NCBI RefSeq assembly: GCF_009914755.1
Contig: NC_060930.1
From: the human T2T-CHM13v2.0 reference genome, Homo sapiens
Direction: 5' to 3' (one strand)
DNA length: 64,000 nt
Shown: piece by piece, positions 15,045 to 28,919 of the stretch
How the letters are laid out: each line of letters starts with the position of its first letter
How positions within the stretch are numbered: position 1 is the first letter of the stretch
The notes under the pieces: model-generated
What the model was told of the DNA's origin: nothing
Database searches by the model: none
Seen by the model: only the letters and a program-made list of their open reading frames with translations
Translations under genes and position numbers: made by a program

Positions 15045-15810
15045 TTTTTTCTTTTTTAAGAAGTTTTATTTTATTTTTAGTTGACAAATAATATTTGTGT
15101 ATACTTACAGAGTACAATGTCATGTGTCAAGATATGTGGATACACTGGAATGATCAAATCAGGCTCATTAGCATATCTGTCACTCAACTATTTATCATTT
15201 CTTTGTGGTGAAAACATTTAAAATTCTCTCTTTAGCTATTTAAAAATATGTAATACATTATGATTAACTATAGTCACAGTGCTGTGCAGTAGGACACCAG
15301 AAATTACTCCTGCTACCTATCTGAAACTTTGTCCCCATTGACCAACGCCTCCTCTTTCCCTGCCCAGCCTCTGGTAACCACCATTCTACTCTCTAGTTCT
15401 ATGAGCTTGACATTTTTAGATTTCACATGCAAGTGAGTGCATATGGTATTTGTTTCTCTGTGCCTGGCTTATTTCGCTTGATGTTTTCTAGGTTTACCTT
15501 TCTCATGTTGTCGCAAATGATAGAATTTCCTGTTTATTTTAAAAATGGAATAGCATTCCATTGTGTATTTATACCACATTTAAAAAAATCTATTGATGGA
15601 CCCTTAGGTTGCTTCCATATCTTAGATCTTGTGAATAATTCTGCAATGAACAGAGGAGTGCAAACACCTTTTCAATGTACTGATTTGAGATCCTTTGTGT
15701 TTATACCCAGAAGTGGGATTGCCAGATCATACGATAATTCTGTTTTTGTTTCTTGAATCTATTTTGTTTCTTGAATCTCCATAATGTTTTCAAAATGGCT
15801 GTACGAATTT
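15045..15810 (-). mobile_element. L1MA-type 3' end, 5'-truncated
   Basis: tttagttgacaaataat...tacagagtacaatgt; tttatacccagaagtgggattgccagatcatacg. Confidence 0.88.
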
Positions 15811-17800
15811 TGATATTTCTTCTTGAGTCAGTTTTCTAAGTTATATTTTTCTAAAGATTTTTAATCTGAATTTTCAAATTGGTTGCATAAAATTATTTAA
15901 TATGTTCATATTTTAAATTTCTGATCTATCTGTGATAGAAATTAAGTCGGGCATCTAACTCAGTAGTTTTTCTTTTCTAAAAAATGTAAATATAAAAGGC
16001 TATAAATTTCCTTCTAAGTACTGATTCTCACACTTTTTTTCTATAGTATGTTCTTTACTGTTCAGTTTGTGAAATTTTTAAATTTGCATTTTCGTTTATT
16101 CTTTGGCCCGTGTGTTATTTTGAAGCATTTAATAATTTTTAAATATATACAGTTTTTAAATTATTGACTTAATTGCAACATGGAAAAACACACGGAGTCT
16201 ATGATATTGTGAAGACATACTTTATGGTGTAATACATGATACAGTTTTATAAGGTTTTCAGGAGTACTACAGAAGAATGTAACGTTATTGAATTGTCCAT
16301 ATGTTCTATATTTTATATGTGTGTATGTATGAATTTGTTCATTTAAGAGTTTTTTTTGTTCTACTTAACTATTTGACTTAGTAAAGGAGAGAGCTGGGCT
16401 AAAGTTTTCCACTGTTATGATAGATGTGCTTATTTCTTTCAGTTGTTATATATTTTTATTTCTATATTTACATAAAGTTCAGAATCATTATATCCTTCTG
16501 GTGACTATAATTTTTATCATTATGCATTGACCCTTTTTTCTCTTAAAGTGTTTCTTCTTCCTTAAAGCCTATTTGCCTTATATATCTATTTCAGCTTTCT
16601 TTTGTTTAACGTTTACTTGGAATATATTTTTCATCTTTTACTTCAATATTTTCATATCCTTAGGTGTTTTTTTTGTTTTTGTGATTTTTTTTGGTGGCTG
16701 TCTTAAAAATAGAAAATAAGTTGGGTTTCATTTATCTTATACATTCTGACAATTTGGGGAGAATTTAACATATTTACATTTATTGTGATCATTGATATGT
16801 TTAGATTTATTTCTGCCTTATCAGTAAAGAATTTTGTTTTCTTATTCTATGACTATTTTTAAAAATTATTATTTTTAACTGATTACTTTGTTACTTATTA
16901 TATGGGGTTTCCCCCTCCTTTTTGAGGATTAATACATGCTATTTCTATTCTTTTAGCCATTATTTTTGAATTTTTACTACACATATTTTCCTTAATAAAA
17001 TCTAAATTTAAACTAGTTTTATTTATTTTTCAAACAGTGTAGGAAATGTTAGAATAATCAAACTGCAATCACCACTCCCCTGAATTAATCTGTGTTTTTC
17101 ACTATTTTAGTTTTTTCCTTTTTAAAAATCCCACAAATTAGATGTTATGTTTATTACTTTAAATAGGTGATTGGAGAGATGTACAAGATGTTTAGCATTG
17201 TATTTGCATACCATTATTTTTGCATCTTATTCTTCTGAAATCATTTTCCTTCTTAAAGAGCATGATTTACCATTGCCTTTAATGAATATCTCCTGGTGAT
17301 TAACTGTTTATGCTCAGGTGAATGTTTTCATTTTACTGTCATTTCTGAAAGATAAATATTCTGGGTATGTAATTAGAGGATAATAGTGATTGTCTCTCAG
17401 TACTTCAAATATATTATTCAACAACCTTGTGGTTTCTGTTGTTGAGAAGTCTGCTGTTTTTCTAATTATTGTTCTTTTTTTGATGATTTGCCTTTTTTCT
17501 CTGGATGTTTTTCTAATTTCCTCTGAGTCTTTTTTATCAGACAGTTTTGCTTTGATCTCTTGGCATTGATTTCACTTATTGTGCTTTCAATACATTAGAA
17601 ACATTATTTATTGCATTTGGGGAATTTGGAAAATCACAGCCATTTTATTTTCAAGTATTATATCTCCTATATTTCTCTAGGACTTAGGTAACTGTTAGGC
17701 TTTCTCATTCTCTGCTCTAGATATTTTATATTTTAATTTTTAAAATATTTCAACATAATTTGTTCAGCTATATTTTCTATATTATGGATTCTCTCTTCAG
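15811..17800 (-). mobile_element. Highly degraded L1M fragments
   Basis: aggctataaatttccttctaagtactg, tatttacatttattgtgatcattgatatg, gttgttgagaagtctgctg motifs. Confidence 0.6.
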
Positions 17801-18189
17801 CCAAGAAAGTCTAAGTTGATCAAAGTTTTTATGGACTTTTTCACTGAATTCTGAAATACTAATATATGGGGGGGTGTTACCTGTCCTTCTAAAATGCCTT
17901 TGAACCTTTCTTATTTTCTTAAAGCAGATTTTCTAACTATAACCTAAATCCACACATTTGACTGACAATGCTCACTTTAAGTCCAAATTATTTTGGGAAT
18001 TTAAACTCAGAAGTGAGCTTAAACTTTGATATTTGTGGGAAGACTCTCTTGGCTACCTTTCATGGCTGTTATAAACACTTCCTGTTTGTATAGCACTCTG
18101 TGCTTAACCCTGTTGATTAACTTCCTGTGTCTTACAATTGCCCATTTTTTTGTCTTAATCCAACTCTATATTGCAAACTGAGGGCTCCC

Positions 18190-18494
18190 TTTTCCCACCA
18201 TGGTAAATGTGGAGGCAGCTTCCTGGAAGAGGCCTTGAGGTCACATCACAAACAGTAAAACAGCATATGGGGGAGAATCTCCTCGGAAGAGGACAGACTA
18301 AACTTGTAATCTGCACACCTTTTATTTAAACCCTCTCAGTATATTAAAGTCCTCCAAGAAAGACAGTTGTCATAGGGAGTGGTCTAGACATAGCCAACTT
18401 TTCCTCCATGAAAAGAATAAGCCTTTATTTTGTTCAGCCACTGGGAGTTTCGAGGTGGTTTTTTACTGCTCTAAAACCTAACTTATCCTAATAC
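18190..18494 (+). mobile_element. MLT1-family LTR (3' part)
   Basis: aataagcctttattttgttcagccactgggagttt...aacctaacttatcctaatac terminus. Confidence 0.6.
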
Positions 18495-18529
18495 CGGGGA
18501 CAAACGTTATTTACTCTGGTGACAAACAT

Positions 18530-18650
18530 TATTTCTATTTTACAAGTGAGGATAAACTGTTAGGGAGGTTAAATTACTTGTTCAAAGCTCATACGTGTTG
18601 TAGCAAGGACTAAGTAGTCTTAGGCATAGGGCTCAGCTTTTTAAACCTAC
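18530..18650 (-). mobile_element. MIR
   Basis: ctattttacaagtgaggataaactg...ggttaaattacttgttcaaag. Confidence 0.65.
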
Positions 18651-20260
18651 CTTGATGGTTTTTGTGCCTCGTCTATAGGGATAGTATTTTCTACTCCAAA
18701 GTATATGCCATGATGATCCAGAGGATATTGATCATGCACTGGTAAGAAGAATGTCTCTGTATAAACAAATGTTGGTATAATATAAACATTGATAAATTGT
18801 GAGCAGCGATCTTTACCTTAGCTCTGAATGTCTAAATTTCACTTGGAATTTTTCAGTAGATTTATATGAACTCAAGCATTATCCTACTTAAAAGAAGGTT
18901 AGCAAAAAAAAAAAAGAAAAGAAAACTTATCAAAAGACTTTTTAAAATCCAAAATGACACTATATAAGTGTCATATAATTTATAGGTTAAGGAAGCTATA
19001 GATAATGATATCATTATGACTGATTCTTATTGATTACATTAAAGTGATATTAGGCATTTCGGATTTTTCAGATGTTTTTCTTGAGGCCTCCTAGATTTTA
19101 AAAATGATAAACTTATAGCAGTTTTAGTGGCCCTCATTATTTTTATGAGTGACTTCAGGGCTATCACAAATAAATGAAAAGTCTATGCAATTTCAAGGCA
19201 AACCAATTAATGCCCCCTTCCACCTAAATTATCTCAATATTTCCTACAGATAGGTCCTAGAGTAATGCTGCTAAGGCTTTTTAAACTTGAATTCCACAGA
19301 TGCAATCCTTTCAGACTTTAAAAATGTTTATTCTCCTCAGTGTTATATATTCCACCAGGTATCCTTTTCCAAGATAATTCTATTTCAATTGAAAATCTTT
19401 TAATTCATTGCACAATTATAGTTGAGCATTTCTTGGCACAACTACCCAGATTTGCAAGGCCATAGCTCTTAGGTGCCTATCTGACTGAACCTTGAACCTA
19501 TGGCATCCATTGTAGCTGGTGATAAAAGTTATATCAGCTCCATTTTCCACAGTTCTTAACTGTTAAGAACAACCCTCTCTAGCTTTCTCATAAATCAACT
19601 TTGGGATTATTGGCATATGAGCTTTGTTCAATTTTTCAAGCCACATAAAATAGATTTTTTCCATTTCATCAATCACATTTCCTCAACTTTTGCTCTTGAT
19701 GGCCAACTGCAGGGGCAGTTTTCAGAGGCTCTGTCACTCATTTGGTCTCCTCATTTCTGTTTGATTATTGTTATATACACCTGCATTTTCATTGCAGGCA
19801 TCCTCCTCTTCTCAGTAGGGCTTTGATTACTCACACTACTTTTTGCTTAACAGACTTGATTTTAATGAGCTAAATAATAAGAAATCTGACAAAATAAGCA
19901 TAAATATAGCAACCATTTTCTGGACTAATAAACAACTTGGTGCCCTAGTAATTCCATTGGTAATGTAAAGATGTGACTGCATGTTGGTAAGATAAAGATT
20001 TGACTACCTGTATAATTTTATATTGATTAGGTTTGATAGGCTTAAGTTTATAAATTTAGGTATTTTTTGTTGTCACGGTTTTATATAAGGGATTTTTTTT
20101 AGTTCTAGGGGACAATCCCTACCATAAAGGAGTTTATAATCAGGGCACTTTTTCAAATATTCCTGTTATAACTCAAAATAAAATTACAATGAAATACATT
20201 AGTATTCTTAATATTCATAGAATACAAACTCTGAAAGTAAGATTAGAAATATTTCTTACT

Positions 20261-20336
20261 TATGATGAAATAACCTTGTTATTACCATTTTAGTTACTTT
20301 ATGATGAAATAACCTTGTTATTGCCATTTAAGTTAC
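20261..20336. repeat. Two-copy tandem duplication, period 39 bp
   Basis: tatgatgaaataaccttgttatt(a/g)ccattt(t/a)agttac twice. Confidence 0.93.
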
Positions 20337-20949
20337 ATCATAACTTAAATTCTTGGGTAGAATGTCTTTTCAGAGTGCTCCAAGTAAAGACTATTTGAAT
20401 TATCTATGCAAGTACCTACTAATATTTAAACTTTTGATGATCTTTTCACATAATGGAGGACAACGGGTTCTATAGATAAACACCCACATCAGTGGTCCAC
20501 CATTCCTCTTCCAGGGTTATATTTCATTGTGTTCTGATTTTAAAGCAAATTAGGGAGTCTGTTTTTGCCAATTTTCCCATGTTGCTGTGGTTCTGAGTGC
20601 TGTGATTATCAAGACGATAGAAGTGGAAGGCGGGAGTGGAGGTGGCTTCTACAGTCTTCAGTGCAGCATCCACTACAGAGTTAATGGCATTTTTACGAAG
20701 ACCAGGTGTATTTTGTACTTTTTTTTTTGGTACACGTTTCTCAAACTATGTTAAAATTAACCATCAATATCAAAGTATACTGTCAAGAAAAAAAGAAATG
20801 CTTATGATGAATATTCATAGCTGTTAGTATCTTTGGAAAAGGTGGGTAATCATTTTTAAAAATAGAGTAATTTTCTTTGGAATACATAACTCTCAAGAAC
20901 ATTTTGATAGCTATATACATCTAAGAAAAGTGTATTCCATTTATTATTC

Positions 20950-22350
20950 TGTTAATTAAATATTTGTTGATCATTACTGTGCATGAAACATTCTCTCGGA
21001 TGGAGGTAAGTGGAGCTCCTCCTTGTTAAGGAGAATAGTAGGGAGATGTGACGGCTGCACAAATGACTACATTTCCAAGCAGGATAAAATACCCTGCTCT
21101 GGGGGACCAGGAGAAGGGGAAATCACTTCTAATGGAAGTTGATGATAGAAAGAATTTGTGAAAGGCTTTTGCATGATATTTTAAATTTGATAAAAAGATA
21201 AGATGGAAGGGCATGTGCAAAGTCACAAAGAGGGAGAAAACAGAAAATGCTTTCCATGAATAATGAGTTAACCTGGGTTGTTAAAAATGTATGGAAATAC
21301 TGTGTAGGCATGACAGATGAAATCCAAAGGATTTGTTTCCAGTCCATCATTAGCACCACTAAAATAATAGAAATTATTTTTAAAAAGCATACATCTAAAA
21401 TAGCATGAGAATAACTACGAGAGCAACAAAGTGTTGGATGCGGTAAAGCTTCCAGGGGTGTAACTGAGGCAATAATCAAAGAAACCTGAAAATCGATGTG
21501 CAATAAAGGGTTACAAGATATTTAAAGAAAGCCTCTAACACAAAGAGAAAGACCAAAGCAAACAAAAGTTTTAAAAATCCTTGCAAAGAGTAAAATAAAA
21601 TTTGGGAAACAATTTTCTTGGAGAAATGAGGAAAAAGAAATTATCCTTAAAGCAGGAAAAGGAGGTTAGAACACATTTTGAAAAGTCAATAGGAGGGAGA
21701 GTCCTAAGAGACAACAATGAAAAGGCCCACAGGGCTCACCTTACCCTGACCCATGAATTCCAAGTATTGAGAGACCATGGAGGCATTTGAGCAAGTGGTG
21801 AATGATGAGGAGTTTTGTCTTAGGATCATTAACCTGGCAGCAATACAAAGAGTAGGCTAGAGAAAAGAGGCAGAGAGCTAGGACAAAAGTTACTAAGGAA
21901 AGGAACCAGGGGTATAAATTCCAAAAGAGGTGGCAGGAATAGAGGACAGATTTAGTTTTTACAGAGGAAAGAATATGAGGGAATGAAAAAGAATTGGATA
22001 TGTAGACAGAAGAAGTACAGGGAATTAAAGTGTTGAGAGTTAATAAGACTCAAACTTCAGTTTTAAGCCTTTGCATTTGAGATATTGGTGGAATTGCAGA
22101 TAGAAATTATTATCAAGTATTATAGAGACTATTGGTTTCTAAAGACTGAGAGATGAAGAATGGATTTAGAATCACGGAGGTCAATGGTGATCTTGCAGGG
22201 AACAGTGTGGCTGGTATGGTAGGGGTGAAAGCCTACTGGAATAGGTTTAAGAGGCTTTGCAAAGAGAAACTAGAGATAATAGGAATACTACTTGCAAGGA
22301 ATGGTGCCACAGAAGGTTGATAGCTGGCTGAGAATGAGTTCAAGAGCAGA
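20950..22350 (-). mobile_element. L2 fragments (discontinuous)
   Basis: aaatatttgttgatcattactgtgc, gggcatgtgcaaagtcacaaag, atcacggaggtcaatggtgatcttgcagg motifs. Confidence 0.55.
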
Positions 22351-22630
22351 CTTTATTAAGAAAGAGGGGAGAATTTCTATCTTATTTGTGTTTTCCAGTT
22401 GGGCAGCAGAGAATATCCTAATATTAGAAAATTTTACAAAATTCTGTCATGGTTTTCATAAATGATTATAGCTTGCTTTTCAAAATGCACAAACTGATTG
22501 CAATACAAAATAAGTAGCACGAATACTTTAAAAATAGATGTAGATATTAATAATACTAGATAATTTCTGGTTAGTATTTACATCATGGAAGAAAATATAA
22601 ATTTAGATATTTGGTATTTTTACAGCTTGT

Positions 22631-22917
<287 letters not shown>

Positions 22918-23443
22918 TCATTTTTTTTAATTAAATAGAAACCTTATTTTAGGTCTTTACAGGAATCAGCATATAAATGTAAAGACAAATCCTGGCTTCT
23001 TGCTGGAAAATCCTTTAAGAAACATAATTTTCATGGCATCTTGTGGTCTTAATCCAGGTAAAGCTCTGCTTTTAAAAAAATGAACAAAAAATATAAACTG
23101 CACCAAAATTCAATATTTTGTTACTTTGCTGTCTCCATCTTTAAGTGCTCAATTTTATTCATAAAACAATTGAAGTAATTTAATTTCAAACCATTTGGGT
23201 TTTGTCATATTTACTCCCACATTACATGCACGTGGTAGATATGGATGGAAAGCTTTTGACGAATGGTATTTTTTTCAATTGACTGACTAAATCTAGAAAC
23301 AAGATCTCCTACTGCCCCAGTGCCAGATGGGCCCACCCCACTCTCTCCGACTCTGAAGTGATCAAATGCTGTATGCAGGAAGCTGTACAGCTTTGCCAAT
23401 TAATAGCTGCAGACTCAATTATGAACAAAAGGGCAGCCAGCCT

Positions 23444-23478
23444 TTAGTAGGGAAAATCAACTTAGTAGGGAAAATCAA
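23444..23478. repeat. Perfect 17-bp direct repeat, period 18
   Basis: ttagtagggaaaatcaa c ttagtagggaaaatcaa. Confidence 0.9.
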
Positions 23479-24111
23479 AATGTTTAGCCAAAAAGCATTT
23501 AATTGTGTTTCTTTAATAATGAAGTCCCCTTTAGATATGTTCATAAATCAGGAATAGTTAACAGGAAAAATGATAGATATGTTTGTAATGCTACGTAGTT
23601 ATGGAATTGCTTTCCCATAGATCTTTTCTGATTGATCATTATGTTGGGAATTTTTTGCATGTGTGATAGTCAAATAATGGTATGGGAGAAAAGTCAGGAT
23701 ATTCTATTAACAAGATAATCATTTTATCCTATTCTTGTGTTTACATCTTCTCTGTTGCCATTTAATTCCCCACTTCAAGGCTGTTTCATTGTCTCCATCT
23801 CTACTGTATTTAGTTAGGCTTTTTTATTCTTAATGTTTTTTTCTAGCTTTCTTGTAGTCTGTGATTAGAAACACATAAAATTTATCTGATTAGTTAGTGG
23901 GAATTAATCACTCTTCTACTACTGAAGCACCCTGCTTTGTTGTATTCTTTTATTATTCCAGACATCAGAATGTAATATTTTAATTCTATATGACCATCTG
24001 CCCTACCCGACTAGAAATCCCTGAAGACTGGAGCTGCCTCTCCCCTATCTTTGTTTTGGTGGTAGTCAGTGAGCACGGTGCTCTGCATATAACAGGACTC
24101 AGGGTTTACCC

Positions 24112-24462
24112 AACGATGGCCTCAGTGTTTATGTTCCCCATCACAATCCTAACCCCCAAGGCAATGATATTAAAAGGTGCGGCCTTGGAGAGGTGATGAG
24201 GTCATGAGTATGGAGGCCTCATGAATAGCATTAGTGCTCTTCTAAAAGAGGCCCCAGAGAATTTGTTCTCCCCTTCCACCATGTGGGGACCCAGTGAGAA
24301 GGTATAACATATGAACCAGAAAGTGGACCTGCAGCAGACACCAAGTCTGCTGGTGCCTAAATCTTGGACTTCTTAGCTTCTGAAACGATGAGAAATAAAT
24401 TTCTATTGTTTAAGTGACCCAGTTTATAGTATTTTGTTATGACAGCCTAAACAGATTAAGAC
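24112..24462 (+). mobile_element. MLT1A/MLT1A0 solo LTR
   Basis: atcctaacccccaagg...gaggtcatgag...agaaataaatttctattgttt...gattaagac matches the MLT1A0 layout. Confidence 0.85.
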
Positions 24463-24944
24463 CCTAATCAAGAGTCTACATTTGACCTCTGTGCTTACCT
24501 GTTACTAGTAATCAAAACATTTTAGACTTTGACAAAGATAATTGCGTAAGTGTTAGAGGTATATACTTATCCATTGTTAATTTTAATCAATTTTACATAA
24601 TACAAATGCATTATTACATATGCTTTTCACAGAACTTAAATGCCCTTTGATAACTATGTACTTGAGTCATAAGTAATTATGTAATTTGTCTGAAATGCTT
24701 ATAATAAATAGCATAAGAGAGATTTAACCATAAAATGTAACATTTATTTACATATCTATTTTTCAAATTATGTGCACATCCAATTTTGATATGTGTAATG
24801 TTTTCTAGTGTCTATCATGGTTCAGTGATGTTTTATCTTCACTTCTGAATCATTTTGAAGCAGATTCTGTATATCAGCTTCTTTTCCTTGCCTATTGAAC
24901 TTTCTGCCATGTAGTTAGTCTTAGCTAACACTTACGTATTTTAA

Positions 24945-25045
24945 CATTTAAAAAATCCTTAGAAATCACCTTGTCCACCCATTTTCATTTTAAACGATGA
25001 GGAAACAGGTACAGAGAAGTTATAGGGCTTATATAAAGTTAGTAT
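24945..25045 (-). mobile_element. MIR fragment
   Basis: cattttaaacgatgaggaaacaggtacagagaagtt. Confidence 0.6.
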
Positions 25046-25072
25046 AAGTTTGTCTTATGATAACTCTAAGCT

Positions 25073-25873
25073 CAAAGGTAGATATAGGTTTTGTGGGGCT
25101 TGAAGCTGATATAACTTGGGAAGCCCTTTTTAAGAAAGGGAATATAAAATTAGGTGAGAAACTTAATATTGACTAAGAATGAGAAAAAAAATAAGAGCCT
25201 GGCAGATACCACAAATAAAATCCATCCAGAAAATAACACTGTTACATTGTCCCCGACATCTTTGCAATATTTTTCTCTGTATTTATTAGCTACATATTCC
25301 TTGGTCTTTACTTCGTGACAGCAATTACATAATGTCATTTTCTGTGGAAAACAAAGACAGATGATCAGATTCTCCTGTAGCATTGTCAATGGAAACTTGC
25401 TTTTTACTATTGACAGTTAAGTTTCTTTCAGCTTCACAACTTATTATTGCTGTTGCCACATCTTCGACTCCCATCTGCCTGTCCTCATTCAGGTCACACA
25501 AGCCCTGGAGCAACCTGCTCCCTGGTTGTTTTCCAGCAAACAAGACTCCAGACCCTCACTGTCAACAATGAGCTGGCTATAAACCTGGGTCTTTGTGCTC
25601 CTCAAAGCAGGGAGCAGAGCAGCAACCCCCTCAGATCCTTCTCTGGGATTAAAGATAGCGTCCAGATTCTGAGGCACAAGCCAACAGGGGATAGTGCTGG
25701 CCGCCCATTCTCCTGCCCTGGGCCTCAACATCAGAATTGAAAGGTGACCCAGGCTCCAACCTGCTAGCAGGTGGCTGATACTGGGTCTCCTGAGAAGAGC
25801 ATTTGGTAGGAGCCCATACAAGTGAGGGGCTTGGAGCTTAAGCTTGGTTAATTTCATAGTCAGTCTGCTTCTG
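25073..25873. mobile_element. Non-autonomous hAT-Tip100-type DNA transposon (MER45/MER96 group), both ends present
   Basis: Left end ggttttgtggggcttgaagctgatataacttgggaagccctttttaagaaa; right end caagtgaggggcttggagcttaagctt...tctgcttctg. Confidence 0.65.
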
Positions 25874-26036
25874 CCTATGGCAAATCCTTGCAAAAGGCCA
25901 GACACTGTTTTTCTCTTTACTAAGAATTTACAGTATTGTAACTGACCCGCTAAGTACTCAGGTAAAAATATTTGTGATTCTCCTGTGTCTCCCTAAGCCA
26001 CATCTCTCTCTGGGTTTTTAATAAGCTAGCATTAAA

Positions 26037-26236
26037 AGGCATAAGAATGATACGTTGGACTTTGGGGAAAGGGTGGCAGGGGGATGAGGGATAAAAGACT
26101 ACACATTGGGTACAGTGTACACTGCTCAGGTGCTGGGTGCACCTGAATCTCAGAAATCACCACTAAAGAACTTATTCATGTAACCAAACACCACCTGCTC
26201 CCTAAAAACCTATTGAAATAAAAAATAAAGTTGAAA
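26037..26236 (+). mobile_element. Short L1PB-type 3' end with TSD
   Basis: tacagtgtacactgctcaggtg...aatctcagaaatcaccactaaagaactt; TSD AGCTAGCATTAAA at 26024-26036 and 26240-26252. Confidence 0.9.
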
Positions 26237-26984
26237 AATAGCTAGCATTAAATCAACCAACTATTTCTCTGGGTGAATGTTCTGTCGCACACTTGCACAA
26301 ACCCTGATCTCTCTTCAGGGGCCTCTTCAAAAGTTCAGTATCAGACTCACTTGGCTCCCTCGTGCCGGCTGTGTGACGTTGTTTTTCTCCACTTCGGGAC
26401 ATGCAGTTGGCCATGTGCTCACAGGCCTCTGCTGTGTTCCCTGTGGCACCTTCGCAGACTGAGTGGCTTGGCATTTGGCTGATGTAGGCCATGTGGGCAC
26501 ACACTCAGCTTATTGATAACATCCCTCAGACACTGCCATTTCCAACATTTTCATTCCGGATTTCAGAATTCCCATCACACCATCCCAAATTCTACTAAGT
26601 GTCAGACCAGGCCATGCTACCCTGTCCTTTCAGGGCTTACAGAGACTTTGGTGAGATGTTGGATTTGGTCATGGTGCTATTTATTGTTATTATTAATTAT
26701 TAGTTTTTTAATCACAGCCTCCTATCCTCAAGTTCTAGGTAAAATTGCCAAAGTAGACTCCTTTGAGTTTTGGGATTTTTTTAATTTGGTGCCTGTGATT
26801 TCATAAGGAAATATTTTATTTTATACTTTTACTGTAGAGATGCATTTAAAGTTTAATATTAGCATATTCTGGAGCATCTTAAGGAAGACAGCCTTATAAC
26901 TGAATCCTGCCATATGGTTCAAATGCAGCTGATTTGAACAACATTTACTGCACTTGCTTTGAACTAATAAAAGAAAAAACCTCC

Positions 26985-27065
26985 CTACCTTCTTTCTTTC
27001 CTTCCTTCCCACCCTCCTTCCTTCTTTCCTTCCTTCTTTCATTCCTTCCTTCCATCTCCTTTCTC
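26985..27065. repeat. (TTCC)n-type polypyrimidine microsatellite at the tail of an antisense L2
   Basis: Direct reading; followed by L2-like aaacatatttgtagtgaacac. Confidence 0.85.
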
Positions 27066-27328
27066 CCAAAACATATTTGTAGTGAACACATCCTTTGGGC
27101 CAAACACTGTTTTGGCCCGTAAGTATGTAGTTGTGAGCTAACCGACACTATTCAGGCCTCACAGAGCACACAGTCTGAATGTGTAAAATATGCATTTGCA
27201 ACAACTGCAGGTGAATAGTGTCATCGTTTGCCATATGAATGAAGGTTTTTCGGTGTTTTGGGGGGAGGAAACAGGTGTGAGAATTGCACGATGCACGGTG
27301 GCAGAGCAGCGCTGAGGCTAAAGGAAAA

Positions 27329-27367
27329 GTGAGTCAGCACGGTGATTGTGGCGTTGGTTCTGACTCA
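27329..27367. promoter_or_regulatory. Paired AP-1 sites; the first extends to a CNC-sMAF element
   Basis: GTGAGTCAGCA at 27329-27339 (RTGASTCAGCA) and TGACTCA at 27361-27367; motif match only. Confidence 0.35.
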
Positions 27368-27997
27368 GTGGCAGTGGAGCAGCTTCTGCCCCATCAAAAG
27401 AGTATTATGTGATGGGAAGGGGGCTTTGTGCTTTTTCCTGTTTTAAATACAAGATCTGGGAATTTGATTTGTTCCTGTGGTTGTATAAGTGCTATAAGCG
27501 TAAGAGGTATTGCCTTGTTTTTATATGGTTTGTTTATTTTTATTTATTTAACAAACACGTTTAAAGCACATATAACCTGTCAGGGGCTATACTAGGTGTT
27601 TTACAAATTTCAGCTCATTTTATTTACACATATTTTAGGTAAAAGCAACCAATACAAACTTAGAGGTTGCGGAGAATATATATATGTATATATTTTTTAC
27701 CTTTATGTACTCACTCAAGTTTAAAATACCTTGTTGAAGATGAAGTCCCTGGTGAAAATGTAGAGACTCAGGGAAATCTAAGTGGCAAATATTCAAATGC
27801 ATTAACTTTCCCCAACAAAAAGCATTTCCTTGCCTCAGTCTCTGAACCAAGACTCTTGATTTCCTTCTGGAGAAGCTCCTTAGTTCCTAATACAGACCGG
27901 CAGGTGGAGCAGCACGCCCTGAACCCTCCAGCAAGCCTGGGCCTGTGTGGCGCTCAGAGCGAGCCTAGCGGGGTTGACCCCTGAGGTTCCAACACTA

Positions 27998-28456
27998 CTT
28001 TATTTTTATTTATCAACTTTTATTTTAAGTTCTGGGGTACATGCGCAGGATGTGCAGGTTTGTTTCATAGGTAAACGTGTGCCATGGCGGTTTGCTGCAC
28101 AGATGGATCCATCCCCTAGGTATTAAGTTCAGCACCCATTAGCGGTTCTTCCTGATGTGTTCCCTCCCTCTGCTCCACTGACAGGCCCAATTGTATGTTG
28201 TTCCCCCACCCCATGTGTCCATGTGTTCTCATCATTCGGCTCCGACTTATAAGCAAGAACACGCGGTGTTTGGTTTTCTGTTCCTGCGTTAGTTTGTTAA
28301 GGATACCAACTTCCAGCTCCATCCGTTTCCCTGCAAAGGACATACTCTCATTCCTTTTTATAGCTGCATAGTATTCCACGGTGTATATGTACCACATTTT
28401 CTTTATCCAGTCTGTCGTCAACGAGCATTCGGGTTGATTTCATGTCTTTGCTATTG
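27998..28456 (-). mobile_element. L1PA (approximately PA8-PA10) 3' end, 5'-truncated
   Basis: acttttattttaagttctggggtacatgcgcaggatgtgcaggtttg; TSD core CCAACACTA at 27989-27997 and 28457-28465. Confidence 0.92.
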
Positions 28457-28919
28457 CCAACACTATATTTTAAAAGAAAATATTTCTACTTCTTGAAGGG
28501 CATGGGCCTTATCTACAGTGCTGGGTTGACCTGGTTACAAGAAATCCACAGAAAACATAATCTGATATTTACTCCCATTACAATATGGTACACCTGTCAT
28601 ACTTCAGCAAGCAAACTGTAAAGGGAGAGAAAATTCACTTTTATTTGAACTGCTCTTTACTCCTCTGAGGCTTCCCTGGTTTGTGGCAAACAAACATTGT
28701 AACAGCTTCACCTAGAATTCAAAATTTTAAACCATCTAACAATGTTATAACAGATGAGTCTTGGAGCTTGGAGGCCAGGGAAAAGATAGTCATGAGCAAA
28801 ACCAGTCTTCCTTCTCTTAGAATAAGTATTGAGAGTATTTATTTGTGCATGTCAATTCAATAATGAATACGAATGTGACCTCGAAATAGTATGTAGTCCA
28901 TTTCTAATCAAGATGGAAC

